A stretch of DNA of 64,000 bases from an uncultured Hyphomicrobiales bacterium. GTDB lineage: Bacteria; Bacteroidota; Ignavibacteria; Kapaibacteriales; UBA7675. Positions 1 through 9,576 of the stretch are shown piece by piece (within the stretch, counting starts at the first letter, position 1; the number at the start of each line of letters is the position of its first letter). Where the stretch lies: NCBI GenBank assembly GCA_964445695.1, contig CAYULF010000010.1, positions 57,821-121,820 of the forward strand, read 5' to 3'. A program made the translations under genes and the position numbers. The notes below the pieces were generated by a model. The model searched no databases. It saw only the letters and a program-made list of their open reading frames with translations, and was not told the origin of the DNA.

Positions 1-1239
1 AACCAGGCGATAGAACCGGCGCACGTCCTCAGCGTGCTGCTGGACGACAAGGGCGGCATCATTGCACCGATGCTGATGAAGCTGGGCGTGAATGTAGACA
101 ACCTGAAAAGCGGCATCGACGCCGAAATCGAAAAACTGCCGAAGGTGAGCGGCGCGGCGCTGGGCAACCAGTTTGTGTCGTCGGACATGGCCAAGGTGCT
201 GGACATCGCGCTGGCCGAAGCGCAGTCGCTCAAAGACGAATACGTCAGCACCGAGCACCTGCTGATCGCGCTGGCGGAGCAGCGCAGCGACACGGGACGC
301 ATGCTGAAGGCGCAGGGCGTGACCAAAGAAACGATCATGCGCATTCTGAAGGACTTCCGCGGTTCGCGGCGCGTGACGGATCAGAATCCGGAAGACAAAT
401 ACCAGGCGCTCAAGAAGTACGGCCGCGTGCTGAACGACGAGGTGCGCAAGGGCAAGGTCGACCCGATTATCGGCCGCGAGGACGAGATACGGCGCGTGCT
501 GCAGGTGCTGGCGCGCCGCACCAAAAACAACCCGGTGCTCATCGGCGAGCCCGGCGTGGGTAAAACGGCGATAGCGGAAGGCATCGCCCAGCGCATCGTT
601 GAGGGCGACGTTCCCGACTCGCTCAAGTCCAAGCAGATCGTTGCGCTGGACATGGCGTCGCTGGTGGCGGGCGCTCAGTTCCGCGGTCAGTTTGAGGAGC
701 GTCTCAAAGCCGTGGTGGAGGAAGTCACCGAGTCCAACGGCGAAATCATTCTGTTTATCGACGAGCTGCACACGCTGGTGGGCGCGGGCGCTACGAGCGG
801 CAGTATGGACGCTGCGAACATTCTCAAACCCGCGCTGGCGCGCGGCGAACTGCGCACGATTGGTGCGACGACGCTGGACGAGTACCACAAGTACATCGAA
901 AAAGACGCCGCGCTGGAGCGTCGTTTCCAGCGCGTCCTGATCGAGGAGCCGTCGGTTGAGGACGCAATTTCTATCCTGCGCGGCCTGCGCGAGAAGTACG
1001 AGGTACACCACGGCGTGCGGATTACGGACGCGGCGTTGGTGGCGGCGGCACAGCTTTCGGACAGGTACATCACGGACCGCTTTCTGCCGGACAAAGCTAT
1101 CGACCTTGTGGACGAGGCGGCGAGCAAGCTGCGCATCGAGATCGACTCGATGCCGGAGGAGCTGGACTCGCTGGAGCGTCGCATCCGCACGCTGGAGATC
1201 GAGAAGCAGGCTTTGTTAAGGGAGTTGGGGGAGTCGTAG
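1..1239 (+). CDS. clpB: ClpB-type AAA+ disaggregase, N-terminal half only (N-domain, NBD1 and start of the middle domain); 5' end lies outside the window and the 3' end is an in-frame stop with no continuation
   Basis: Frame-1 translation from nt 1 reads [19 protein letters not shown] and continues through Walker [14 protein letters not shown], Walker B ILFIDELH and the sensor region, ending [15 protein letters not shown] at about 445 aa of an expected ~860. None of the three downstream frames continues a ClpB-like sequence. Confidence 0.8.
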   Translation, partial: NQAIEPAHVLSVLLDDKGGIIAPMLMKLGVNVDNLKSGIDAEIEKLPKVSGAALGNQFVSSDMAKVLDIALAEAQSLKDEYVSTEHLLIALAEQRSDTGRMLKAQGVTKETIMRILKDFRGSRRVTDQNPEDKYQALKKYGRVLNDEVRKGKVDPIIGREDEIRRVLQVLARRTKNNPVLIGEPGVGKTAIAEGIAQRIVEGDVPDSLKSKQIVALDMASLVAGAQFRGQFEERLKAVVEEVTESNGEIILFIDELHTLVGAGATSGSMDAANILKPALARGELRTIGATTLDEYHKYIEKDAALERRFQRVLIEEPSVEDAISILRGLREKYEVHHGVRITDAALVAAAQLSDRYITDRFLPDKAIDLVDEAASKLRIEIDSMPEELDSLERRIRTLEIEKQALLRELGES

Positions 1240-1282
1240 CGCGGGTGAGTGAAGAGTTAAACAGAGCTTCGTGAGATTAAAG

Positions 1283-1315
1283 GCCGGGTTCGGGAGAATC
1301 CGGCTTTTGTTGTTT
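1283..1315 (+). terminator. Rho-independent terminator immediately after the truncated clpB ORF
   Basis: gccggg-ttcgggagaa-tccggc hairpin followed by a ttttgttgttt T-tract. Confidence 0.5.
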
Positions 1316-1334
1316 AATTGATGTTTGTATTTCT

Positions 1335-1425
1335 TGAGTGATGGAGTTTTTGGTGCGGGAGTTTTTGAGTGATGGAGTTTTTAGTGCGGGAGTTTTTAAG
1401 TGATGGGTTTTCATGTGGGCGATGT
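1335..1425. repeat. Tandem repeat of a ~31-bp unit (tgagtgatggagtttttggtgcgggagtttt), about 2.5 copies
   Basis: Direct reading of the sequence; the units differ by 1-3 substitutions. Confidence 0.7.
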
Positions 1426-1690
1426 AGTTTGAAGACTTCGGGTTTGTTTAAACCGGCCGAACTCTCGGCTAGATCAGGGGACCGCCCCGCCGCCTCCACG
1501 GTCGAGTCCTCCGCGCACCAGACACACTCCTCCCACCCTGCATTGTGTGCAGATTTTTTGAGTGAAGGCCGTCGCGGATTCACGCGCCGCATGCTGCGCG
1601 TTTCATCATGTCAAGATTAAACAAGTTGGTCATTCTACACCAGCGGATAACACTGAACGGTATTGAATTTCTGTTTGATCGTGCTGAATA
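1425..1690. repeat. Direct repeat copy A (~265 bp; core 1431-1655 near-identical to copy B)
   Basis: The string gaagacttcgggtttgtttaaa(c)cggccgaactctcggctagatcagggg...gtcattctacaccagcggataa occurs twice. Each copy contains the weak hairpin ctgca-ttgtg-tgcag followed by attttttg. Confidence 0.85.
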
Positions 1691-1839
1691 GTCCGCCAAG
1701 TGGGAGCGATGCGCCGATTGTTAACCTGGAATTCGGCAGCTGGTTCCGTCCGGGGTGATGAGCTGGTGTGCGTCAAACCTACGCTACTCAATTTGGTGCC
1801 GCTGCAAGTCTCGCCGCCACAGGATCAGAGGCGTCGAGG

Positions 1840-2105
1840 AAGTTTAAAGACTTCGGGTTTGTTTAAAACGGCCGAACTCTCGGCTAGATCAGGGGACCGC
1901 CCCGCCGCCTCCACGGTCGAGTCCTCCGCGCACCAGACACACTCCTCCCACCCTGCATTGTGTGCAGATTTTTTGAGTGAAGGCCGTCGCGGATTCACGC
2001 GCCGCATGCTGCGCGTTTCATCATGTCAAGATTAAACAAGTTGGTCATTCTACACCAGCGGATAAAACTTACTGGTATTAAATACCTGGTTGAACGTACC
2101 GAATT
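1840..2105. repeat. Direct repeat copy B (415 bp downstream of copy A)
   Basis: Near-identical to 1431-1655, with degenerate similarity extending ~40 bp beyond the core on both sides. Confidence 0.85.
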
Positions 2106-2172
2106 TTCCGTTAAACGGGGATCGAACTGTGCCGACTGGCCGCTGCATAGTCATTGCAGCTTAAACAACACA

Positions 2173-2400
2173 TCAATTGTCGCCGGCCTGCTCCACACTG
2201 TCCGCCCCCGCGTGCTGCATCTCCGCCTCCGCCGCGCGCGCCGAATCCCGCTGCCGGTTGGCCTTTACGCGCATCGAATCCAGGTAGTGTTTTTTGTACT
2301 CAAAGCGACGCTGTTTGGCTTCGTAGCGCTCGCACCAGCCGCCGGTGAGAGCAAAGGCGCTGAGCAGTGCCGCCGCGATGAAAATCGGAAAGCGCTTCAT
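2173..2400 (-). CDS. Small secreted protein (75 aa) with an N-terminal signal peptide; hypothetical
   Basis: The ORF has hydrophobic leader MKRFPIFIAAALLSAFALTGG. Its ATG overlaps the rlmB stop in an ATGA arrangement (2397-2400), suggesting translational coupling. Confidence 0.45.
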   Translation of the reverse strand: MKRFPIFIAAALLSAFALTGGWCERYEAKQRRFEYKKHYLDSMRVKANRQRDSARAAEAEMQHAGADSVEQAGDN

Positions 2401-3154
2401 GCCGGTTTCTCCGCATGGCGGCGGCGGCGCAGAATCTCGAAGAACATGACCCCGGCGGCCACGGAGGCGTTCAGCGAGGAGATTTTACCTGCCATCGGAA
2501 CGCGCACCTGCACGTCGCACATCTTCAGGATCGGCGCGCTGATGCCCGCTCCCTCGCTGCCGATGACAATCACCTGCGGACCGTCGTAGTCGACCGCGTC
2601 GTAGTCTTCCGCACCGGCGTCGGCGCAGCCGACAATGCGGAAATCGGCATTGCGGCAGTCGATCAGCGCCTTTTCCAGCGGTCCCACCTTTGCCACGGGC
2701 AGGTGCTCAAACGCGCCGGCGGCCGTCTTGAGCGCCACATTGGTGATCGGCGCGCCGCCGCGCTCCGGAATAATCAGCCCGTGAATGCCGGCGCACTCGG
2801 CCGAGCGCGCGATTGCTCCCAGGTTGTGCGGATCGCTGATGCCGTCCAGGGCGGCCAGCACGGGATTGTCGCTGCGCTCGTAGGCCAGGTCGATCAGCTC
2901 GACCAGGCTGCGACGCGGCACCGGACTCACCAGAGCGATGACGCCCTGGGCGGCGTGCATGCCCGCCTTCAGTTCGCGTTCCATTGCGCCGAACTTGCGC
3001 GTGTCGGCTATGACGCAGGCGACGGAGCGCCTTTGCGCCTCGCTGCGGATCTGGGCCGTGCCGCTGTCTTCCGCGCCATGGCGGATAAATATCTTCTCAA
3101 TCTCGCGGTCGCCGCGCAGGGCTTCCAGGACTGGATTGCGTCCAAAAATGTACA
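2397..3154 (-). CDS. rlmB: 23S rRNA (guanosine-2'-O)-methyltransferase, SpoU/TrmH family (RlmB-like)
   Basis: Translation MYIFGRNPVLEAL...NLGAIARSAECAGIHGLII...VIGSEGAGIS...SLNASVAAGVMFFE shows the SpoU-substrate-binding domain and SPOUT motifs. Start placed at the MYIFG ATG (3152-3154) rather than the upstream ORF start. Confidence 0.8.
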
Positions 3155-3376
3155 TAGGGACTCTGCTGTTGGAATCAAGGGAATGCAGTTGCTGTGTCGT
3201 CGAATGGCCGGATTTATTTTTTGATACGCCCTCCGCAGCCCCGTGAACATTCTTCACATGGCGCGTAAATTTTCCTGAACATTTTAATATCTTTGCGGTT
3301 CTCGTCGAGCTACGGCCCGACATCGGCGACGCCGGCCGACCTGCCGTCGTTCATTCCCCGAGTGAGCAATTTACGC

Positions 3377-4096
3377 ATGTACAAAGTCGAACTGCCCAAT
3401 TTTGAAGGCCCGCTCGACCTGCTTCTCTTTTTCATCAAGCGGGACGAACTGGACATCTACGACATTCCGATAGCGCGCATTACCAGCGAGTTTCTGGACT
3501 ATGTGCGCCTGATGGAATTGCTCGATCTGGAGTTGGCGGGCGAGTTCCTCGTGATGGCGTCGATGCTCATGCAGATCAAGGTGCGCATGCTGCTGCCGCG
3601 TGAGGAACGCGGCGAAAACGAGGAGGCCGAAGAAGAAGATCCGCGCTCCGAACTGGTGCGCCGCCTGCTCGAATACAAACGCTACAAGGAAAGCGCCGAA
3701 CAACTGGCGCAGCGCGCCGAAGTCGAACGCTACGCCTACTACCGCCAGTTCTTCAAAGCCGATGCGGTGAGTGCGGACGACGAGGAAGACCTGCTCAGCA
3801 ATGTGACGCTGTTTGATCTGATTGCGGCTTTCAAGCGCGCTATGGAACGCGCGCCGCGTGAAGCGCCCAAACACCGGATCGAGTTTGAGCCGGTCACGAT
3901 TGAAGAGCAGGCCGACTTTATCATGGGTGAACTGCAGGAAAAAAAGCAGATTTCTTTCTTTACCGCGACGAACGCGCTGCACATCGGCGCCGTAATCGTC
4001 ACGTTTCTGGCTATCCTCGAACTGATGCGGGCGGGCAGACTGGCCATACGACAAAGCGCCGCGTTCGAGGACATTCTGCTGTACCGTCCGGATTGA
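3377..4096 (+). CDS. scpA: Segregation and condensation protein A (kleisin)
   Basis: MYKVELPNFEGPLDLLLFFIKRDELDIYDIPIARITSEFLDYV... is the typical ScpA N-terminus. Divergent from rlmB and followed by scpB. Confidence 0.85.
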   Translation: MYKVELPNFEGPLDLLLFFIKRDELDIYDIPIARITSEFLDYVRLMELLDLELAGEFLVMASMLMQIKVRMLLPREERGENEEAEEEDPRSELVRRLLEYKRYKESAEQLAQRAEVERYAYYRQFFKADAVSADDEEDLLSNVTLFDLIAAFKRAMERAPREAPKHRIEFEPVTIEEQADFIMGELQEKKQISFFTATNALHIGAVIVTFLAILELMRAGRLAIRQSAAFEDILLYRPD

Positions 4097-4112
4097 TCCG
4101 GCGCAGCTTCCA

Positions 4113-6002
4113 TTGCCGACAGTCATTATGCAAAAACTCGTCAGCCCTTTTCTCGACCTGGAACGCGAAGACCAACGTCTCGCTCTCGAAGCAATCATCT
4201 TTGCTTCTGATGAACCCCTGTCTACCGCCGCGCTGTACCGGTTACTCGTTGAGCCCGACGCCGACGTGCGCGCAATCGAGGAAGAAGACGCGCTCGAAAA
4301 TATAGAACCCAACAGTCAGGTCATCGATCCGGAAACCGCTGCCGACGAGTCCACCGCCGAAGAATCGGACCAGGAATCAGGCGAAGAATCGGACGAAGAA
4401 TCAGTCGAAGAATCTGGTGAAGAATCGGACGCCGAATCAGACAATGAATCGGACGAAGAATCAGACGAAGAATCTGGTGAAGAAACGGACGATGAATCAG
4501 GCGAAGAACCGGCCGATGAAATGGACAGTGAAGCAGACGACGAGACAGATGGCGAATCAGATGATGAAGCGGACGACGAAGACGAGGACAGCGACGCGGA
4601 AAGCTCCGAGCCTGACGCTGCAAGCGAAGTAGAGCCAGAGGCTGACGCCACTCAGCAGGCAGACACCGACGCTGCTAAAAGCGAGGACAAAAAAGCCGTT
4701 CAGGCACGCCACATCGAAGGCGATCCGGCCGGCGTGCTGACAAAACTGCGCGAACAGCAGGATACCCTAAAAAAATTGCACCGTGAAAAACGGCGTGAAA
4801 TCCGCAGTCTGTTCGATGAACTGATCGAGGAAATCAACGCCGATCTGGACGAGACCGGACGGCCTTTCCACGTCGTGCGCATCGCAGGTGGCTACCAGTT
4901 CGCCACGCGCCCCGAACACGGTGAAATGATCGTGCGCCTGCAAGGCTCGCGTACCCGCCGTCGCCTCTCGCGCGCAGCGGTCGAATCGCTGGCAATCATT
5001 GCCTATCGCCAGCCGCTGTCCAAGTCCGATGTCGAGGCGATCCGCGGCGTCAACTCCGGCGAGGTCATCAAAAAGCTGATGGAAAAAGGGCTCGTCTCCA
5101 TCGTCGGTCGCTCCGACAGCGTCGGCAAACCGCTGCTTTATGGTACGACCCGCGAGTTCCTTAAAACCTTTGGTTTGCACGACCTGACCGACCTGCCGCG
5201 TCCGCGCGAGCTCAAGGAAATCCTGCGCGACAGCCAGGAAGAAATGAGCCAGTATCAAACGATCATCATCGATGAGGACGACAACATCGAAGTCATCGAA
5301 GAGCGCATTCAGTCGATCACCGGCGAGTCGCCGCTCGTTGAAGGCAAGTATATTTCTCAGCGCGACGGCGATTCCGATGACGATGAAGAGACGGACGACT
5401 CCGAAGAGGAAATCCGTGACGCCGATTCCGACGATGAAGATGCCGACCTTGATTCCGCGGACGGTGATGAAAATACCGACGCCGACGACGCCGACGACGC
5501 CGACGATGATGAATCAGATGACGACGACGACGATGATGACGACGATGACGACGATGACGACGATGATGAATCAGATGACGACGATGATGACGACGATGAC
5601 GACGATGATGACGACGATGACGACGATGATGAATCAGATGACGACGATGAATCAGATGACGATGACGACGATGATGATGACGAATCAGATGACGATGAGC
5701 AGTTTGACGACCTGGCGTCCGGTGATGAGTTTTACGCCGATGGGAGCGGCGACGGGGAAGATCTGAGCGACGAAGATCCCGACTACGAGCAATTCGACGA
5801 CGAGCCCGCGGATGAAAACGCGGAGGATCACAACAACAATACTGACGGCGATCGTGGACGCGACGCCGACAACCGCACGACTAACAAGAATTCGGAAACC
5901 GCCACCGAAGGTGCGGAATCAAGGAAGCCGAAGTTTGCCAGGCAGGGCGGCGAGCAGGACCAAAATGCGCCCGAAATCCGGTTTATGAAGCGCCGCGGCT
6001 GA
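4113..6002 (+). CDS. scpB: Segregation and condensation protein B carrying a ~180-aa poly-acidic insertion and a ~250-aa poly-Asp C-terminal tail (629 aa versus a typical ~200 aa)
   Basis: Conserved ScpB blocks LALEAIIFASDEPLS and HVVRIAGGYQFATRPEHGEMIVRL...LSRAAVESLAIIAYRQPLSKSDVEAIRGV are present. Between and after them lie ESDEESGEESDEE repeats and DDDDDDDDDDDDDDDDESDDDD runs, encoded by 15-21-bp DNA tandem repeats. Confidence 0.8.
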   Translation: MPTVIMQKLVSPFLDLEREDQRLALEAIIFASDEPLSTAALYRLLVEPDADVRAIEEEDALENIEPNSQVIDPETAADESTAEESDQESGEESDEESVEESGEESDAESDNESDEESDEESGEETDDESGEEPADEMDSEADDETDGESDDEADDEDEDSDAESSEPDAASEVEPEADATQQADTDAAKSEDKKAVQARHIEGDPAGVLTKLREQQDTLKKLHREKRREIRSLFDELIEEINADLDETGRPFHVVRIAGGYQFATRPEHGEMIVRLQGSRTRRRLSRAAVESLAIIAYRQPLSKSDVEAIRGVNSGEVIKKLMEKGLVSIVGRSDSVGKPLLYGTTREFLKTFGLHDLTDLPRPRELKEILRDSQEEMSQYQTIIIDEDDNIEVIEERIQSITGESPLVEGKYISQRDGDSDDDEETDDSEEEIRDADSDDEDADLDSADGDENTDADDADDADDDESDDDDDDDDDDDDDDDDDESDDDDDDDDDDDDDDDDDDDESDDDDESDDDDDDDDDESDDDEQFDDLASGDEFYADGSGDGEDLSDEDPDYEQFDDEPADENAEDHNNNTDGDRGRDADNRTTNKNSETATEGAESRKPKFARQGGEQDQNAPEIRFMKRRG

Positions 6003-6011
6003 GCGCCGGGG

Positions 6012-6524
6012 TCAGGAAAGCCCGAACAGTTTTTTGTATTCGTCAATCTCCTTTTGACTGACTTTGCGCGGTTTTTCGCCGGCGTCCTCCATCGCGCCGC
6101 GCAGCGAATTCGCCGCCTTTTTTACCGTTTTTTTATTGCCCTTGGCCAGCCGCGCCAGGAATTGCTCCGCCCGCAGCGTCTCGCATTCAAAGCGCCGCGC
6201 AAACGCCGCCACCTCGTGATCATTGGAAACGACAATCCACTCACCGGCCATTCTGGAGCCGCGAACGATCTTTTTTATCACGGCATCGGCATTTTGATTG
6301 ACGCGTGTTCCACGCACAAAAATCACGTCGTCAATCGTGCGGGATTTGACGTCGCGCCCGTCAAAAACCAGTGTACAGCGGACATCGCGGCGGGCCAGGG
6401 CATAGGATTTGGCGCGTTCGATCAGCAGCTCGCGCGCATCGTTGAGGGACTGGCGCAGCAGTTGCTCCCAGTCGGGATTGGCGTGCAGGACGTTGTGGGC
6501 ATCGACGAGGTAGTTGGTCATGGT
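6012..6524 (-). CDS. NYN/PIN-domain RNA-binding nuclease, YacP (Rae1)-like
   Basis: MTNYLVDAHNVLH...TLVFDGRD...DDVIFVRGT...ADAVIKKIV matches the YacP-like NYN domain. Start chosen at MTNYL (6524); the upstream Arg-rich extension looks non-coding. Confidence 0.6.
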   Translation of the reverse strand, partial: TMTNYLVDAHNVLHANPDWEQLLRQSLNDARELLIERAKSYALARRDVRCTLVFDGRDVKSRTIDDVIFVRGTRVNQNADAVIKKIVRGSRMAGEWIVVSNDHEVAAFARRFECETLRAEQFLARLAKGNKKTVKKAANSLRGAMEDAGEKPRKVSQKEIDEYKKLFGLS

Positions 6525-6879
6525 GCATTCACTCCGGTGCATTGTGCGGCGTGGGGACGGGCTTTTTTCGGGCTCTTTCCAGCAAAGGCCATTTTGCTTT
6601 TCACCGATGTAGAAACGTCGGGAATTCAAGCTGTGCCGGGCCTTCGAGCTGAAATTCAGAGGTCGGCCAGGGAGTCCCTGCGCACATGAATAATTGCGGC
6701 AAGGGACGTTTTCATGCGGAAGATTCGTATTTTAGATGTTTGCCGCTTTTGCCGGACGGGTCCCCGCATGAACATTGGGAACGCGCCGGCCTGAAAAAAT
6801 TTGCGGAACCTGCGCCCGGTATGTCGACGATATGGTGCAGGAGCCCAATAGTTTTGGAACGTAAAGGACAAGAAGACGC

Positions 6880-7764
6880 ATGATCATCAGCATGACAGGT
6901 TTCGGCCGCGGTCAGGTTTCCAAAAACGGTGTAACCGTCACCGCCGAGATTCGCAGTGTCAACAGCCGTTTCCTCGAAATTTCGACCGGCGGACTGCCGC
7001 GGCGTTTTGCCGCCTTTGAGAATGAAGTTCGCGACATGATCAAAAGCAAACTGTCGCGTGGCAAGCTGAATCTCAGCGTCACCGTCGACAACAACAGCGA
7101 TGCCGCGGCGGAAGGGCTCGTCAACATTCCGGCGGCCAAAGCCTACCTGAACGCACTGCAGTCGATCCGCAAAGAACTGAAAATTAAGGAAACTGTCAAA
7201 CTGGAGCACCTGCTGCAGAACCAGGACATTTTCCGTCCCGTTGAAGGCGACAACGACGTCGTCGAAGCCGAGTTCGAGCAGGTCGCCGAAGCGATTGAAG
7301 TTGCGCTGGACGAACTCAACAACATGCGCGGCAAAGAAGGCCGCGAGCTGCGCGACGACATGATCAAGCGCATCAAGGAGATCGAGAAAAACGTCGACAG
7401 CATCGAGAAGATGACGGTGGACCGCATTCCGGCCGAGCGTCAGCGCCTGCGCGAGCGCATCGGCAAACTGTTCGAGAGCGATGAAATCGACGAGCAGCGC
7501 CTGGAGATGGAGATCGTCATTCTGGCGGACAAACTCGACATTTCCGAAGAGTGCGTGCGCATGCGCAGCCACATCAAGTTCTTCAACGAAGCGCTCAACG
7601 CCAAGGACAAACCCGGCCGCAAGATTAACTTCCTGCTGCAGGAAATGAACCGCGAAGTCAACACGATGGGATCCAAGAGCAACGACGCCAAGATCTCGCA
7701 CACCGTTGTGGCCGTGAAGGAAGACCTGGAGAAAATCCGCGAGCAGGTTCAGAACGTCGAATAA
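6880..7764 (+). CDS. yicC: YicC-family protein (stress-induced endoribonuclease family, TIGR00255)
   Basis: MIISMTGFGRG...SVNSRFLEI...the N- and C-terminal YicC domains are present, and the gene sits directly upstream of gmk as in the conserved yicC-gmk pairing. Confidence 0.85.
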   Translation: MIISMTGFGRGQVSKNGVTVTAEIRSVNSRFLEISTGGLPRRFAAFENEVRDMIKSKLSRGKLNLSVTVDNNSDAAAEGLVNIPAAKAYLNALQSIRKELKIKETVKLEHLLQNQDIFRPVEGDNDVVEAEFEQVAEAIEVALDELNNMRGKEGRELRDDMIKRIKEIEKNVDSIEKMTVDRIPAERQRLRERIGKLFESDEIDEQRLEMEIVILADKLDISEECVRMRSHIKFFNEALNAKDKPGRKINFLLQEMNREVNTMGSKSNDAKISHTVVAVKEDLEKIREQVQNVE

Positions 7765-7797
7765 ACTGCGTCGCAGGCCGCGACGCATTCCGATGAG

Positions 7798-8364
7798 ATG
7801 CAAAAACGACTCCTGATTATTTCGGCGCCGAGCGGGGCCGGCAAAACGACAATTGCCGGCCGCCTCATGTCCGCCTTTCCGCAGCTGAGATTTTCCGTTT
7901 CCGCCACCACCCGGTCGCGCCGCCCCGGCGAGGTCGACGGCAAGCACTACTACTTCCTCACACACGACGAGTTTAAACAGCGCATCGCCGCCGGCGATCT
8001 GGTTGAATACGAAGAGATTTACGGCAACTACTACGGCACGCTGCGCAGCGAAATCCAGTCCTCGATGGACGCAGGCCGCACCCTGATTTTCGACGTCGAC
8101 GTCAAAGGCGCGCTCTCGCTTAAACAACAATTCCCCGATCAATGTCTGCTGGTTTTCATAGCGCCGCCGAGTCTTGAGGTTCTGCACGACCGTCTGGCCG
8201 GCCGCAAGACCGAAGACGCGGCGCAGCTGGCGCGCCGCATGGAGCGCGCGCGCGAGGAGATGGACTACCGCTCCCGTTTTGACATCGTGGTTGTTAACGA
8301 CGACCTGGAGAAGGCCGTGGGGGAATTGACGGGGAAGCTGGAGTCGCTGCTGGCTGGTGAGTGA
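7798..8364 (+). CDS. gmk: Guanylate kinase
   Basis: P-loop SAPSGAGKTT, guanylate-binding SATTRSRRPGEVDGKHYYF and EEIYGNYYGT motifs. Confidence 0.9.
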   Translation: MQKRLLIISAPSGAGKTTIAGRLMSAFPQLRFSVSATTRSRRPGEVDGKHYYFLTHDEFKQRIAAGDLVEYEEIYGNYYGTLRSEIQSSMDAGRTLIFDVDVKGALSLKQQFPDQCLLVFIAPPSLEVLHDRLAGRKTEDAAQLARRMERAREEMDYRSRFDIVVVNDDLEKAVGELTGKLESLLAGE

Positions 8365-8399
8365 GTGGGATAAGAAGCAGCAATCTCTGCAGCGATGGA

Positions 8400-8425
8400 G
8401 TAAAGACCGCTGCCGCGGTCTTTAC
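8400..8425. terminator. Hairpin with 11-bp stem (gtaaagaccgc-tgcc-gcggtctttac) in the convergent intergenic region
   Basis: Perfect inverted repeat between gmk (+) and the ATP-grasp gene (-). Confidence 0.5.
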
Positions 8426-8441
8426 TCTACGACAAGTTTAA

Positions 8442-8475
8442 AACACAACGGGCCCTTTTCAGGGCCCGTTGTGTT
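8442..8475. terminator. Bidirectional rho-independent terminator with 14-bp perfect stem (aacacaacgggccc-ttttc-agggcccgttgtgtt)
   Basis: Perfect palindrome flanked by A/T runs on both sides, in the convergent gap between gmk and the ATP-grasp gene. Confidence 0.7.
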
Positions 8476-8542
8476 TATTCAGCTACCAGTCTTTCGACTC
8501 AACAACAAGTCTTCAAGCTTAACAAATCAAAGACTTAACGTC

Positions 8543-9475
8543 TTACTTCGAATTCAAAAACGAACTCCACGCGTATTCCTGCGGAACCTTGCGGCCTTCT
8601 TTGGCCAGGTCGATCAGGAACTGCGCCGTGGTCTGTACGACCCACTCGAAGTTCTCGTCTTGTACCGACGAAGCCTCGGCGTCCGGCGCGGGGTTCATGT
8701 AATCGATGGCGTAAGGCACGTCGTCTTCCACCGCAAATTCCACCGTGTTGAAGTCGTAACCCAGCGCTTCGCAGATCTTGATGCAGTATTCTTCGATCTG
8801 TTTGCGGCGTTTCTCCGTTAACTCAAAGTCCGCCACGTAGCGCAGGTGGTGCGGATTGCGCGGGTCGTAGGGCATGATGTGCACGTGTTTGCGGCCGATC
8901 ACGTAGCAGCGGTAGTACTCCGTGAAGTTAACATTGGCCTGCAGCACCATCGTAGTGTCGCCCGACTCGTTGTACGCCTCAAACAGCTCCTGCGCGTTGT
9001 CGACCTTGTAGACCTGCTTCCAGCCGCCGCCGTCGTGCGGCTTCAGGAAAGCCGGAAAACCGACGTAGTCGAAGACTTCGTCCCAGTTGAGCGGGAACAT
9101 GAGGTTGCGGAAGGACTCGCTGCTCGTACCCTCGGGGTGTTCCTTCGACGGCAGCAGCGCCGTGCGCGGCACCGGTACGCCGATCTGCGACGCAAGCGCG
9201 TAGTTGAAAAACTTGTCGTCGGCGCTCCACCAGAACGGATTGTTAACAACGCGCGTGCCCGTCAGCGCCGCGTTTTTCAGGAGCGAACGGTAAAAGGGAA
9301 TGTCGTGGGAGATGCGGTCCAGGATGACGTCGTACTTGCTCAGCTCGGCCATCTTGACCGCACCGACTTTAACAAATTCTGCACAGACGTCGTCCACGTC
9401 CATGCTGTTGATGCGTTCGACCAGGGCAGGCGGGAAGGATTGCTCCATCCCGAATAACAATCCGATAGTTTTCAT
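8543..9475 (-). CDS. ATP-grasp domain protein (RimK / glutathione-synthetase-like fold); substrate unknown
   Basis: About 310 aa with ATP-grasp-like core FLKPHDGGGWKQVYKV...MVLQ...YRCYVIG. Start placed at MKTIG. Confidence 0.55.
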   Translation of the reverse strand: MKTIGLLFGMEQSFPPALVERINSMDVDDVCAEFVKVGAVKMAELSKYDVILDRISHDIPFYRSLLKNAALTGTRVVNNPFWWSADDKFFNYALASQIGVPVPRTALLPSKEHPEGTSSESFRNLMFPLNWDEVFDYVGFPAFLKPHDGGGWKQVYKVDNAQELFEAYNESGDTTMVLQANVNFTEYYRCYVIGRKHVHIMPYDPRNPHHLRYVADFELTEKRRKQIEEYCIKICEALGYDFNTVEFAVEDDVPYAIDYMNPAPDAEASSVQDENFEWVVQTTAQFLIDLAKEGRKVPQEYAWSSFLNSK

Positions 9476-9576
9476 GCGTAGTCCTTGCAATTTGCAGCGA
9501 CGTGGATAAACGTGATAGTTTGTATGTGTTAATTATTTGTTCGGTTTCATGCGGTCGATTAAACACGCATAAAGTG

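Noticed and set aside
1240-1300. Possible frameshift continuation of clpB
   Set aside because: All three forward frames were checked after 1239. None gives ClpB middle-domain or NBD2 sequence, so this is truncation rather than a frameshift.
2415-3224. Long antisense ORFs overlapping annotated genes, including 381-653, 687-1190, 2415-3224, 3371-4312, 6054-6689, 6712-8187, 8846-9457, 10759-11787, 13130-13969, 14447-14962, 27134-28396, 39102-40252, 54328-55065, 54969-55820 and 60274-61310
   Set aside because: These are typical shadow ORFs of high-GC coding DNA. Their translations are Arg/Ala/Gly-rich with no motifs, and in every case the opposite-strand gene has clear family signatures.
4316-4651. 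Ser-rich and Arg/Leu-rich minus-strand ORFs, and the MTTMTTM plus-frame ORF at 5272-5766
   Set aside because: These are alternative-frame readings of the acidic repeat DNA inside scpB. They are low-complexity and out of frame relative to the conserved ScpB blocks.
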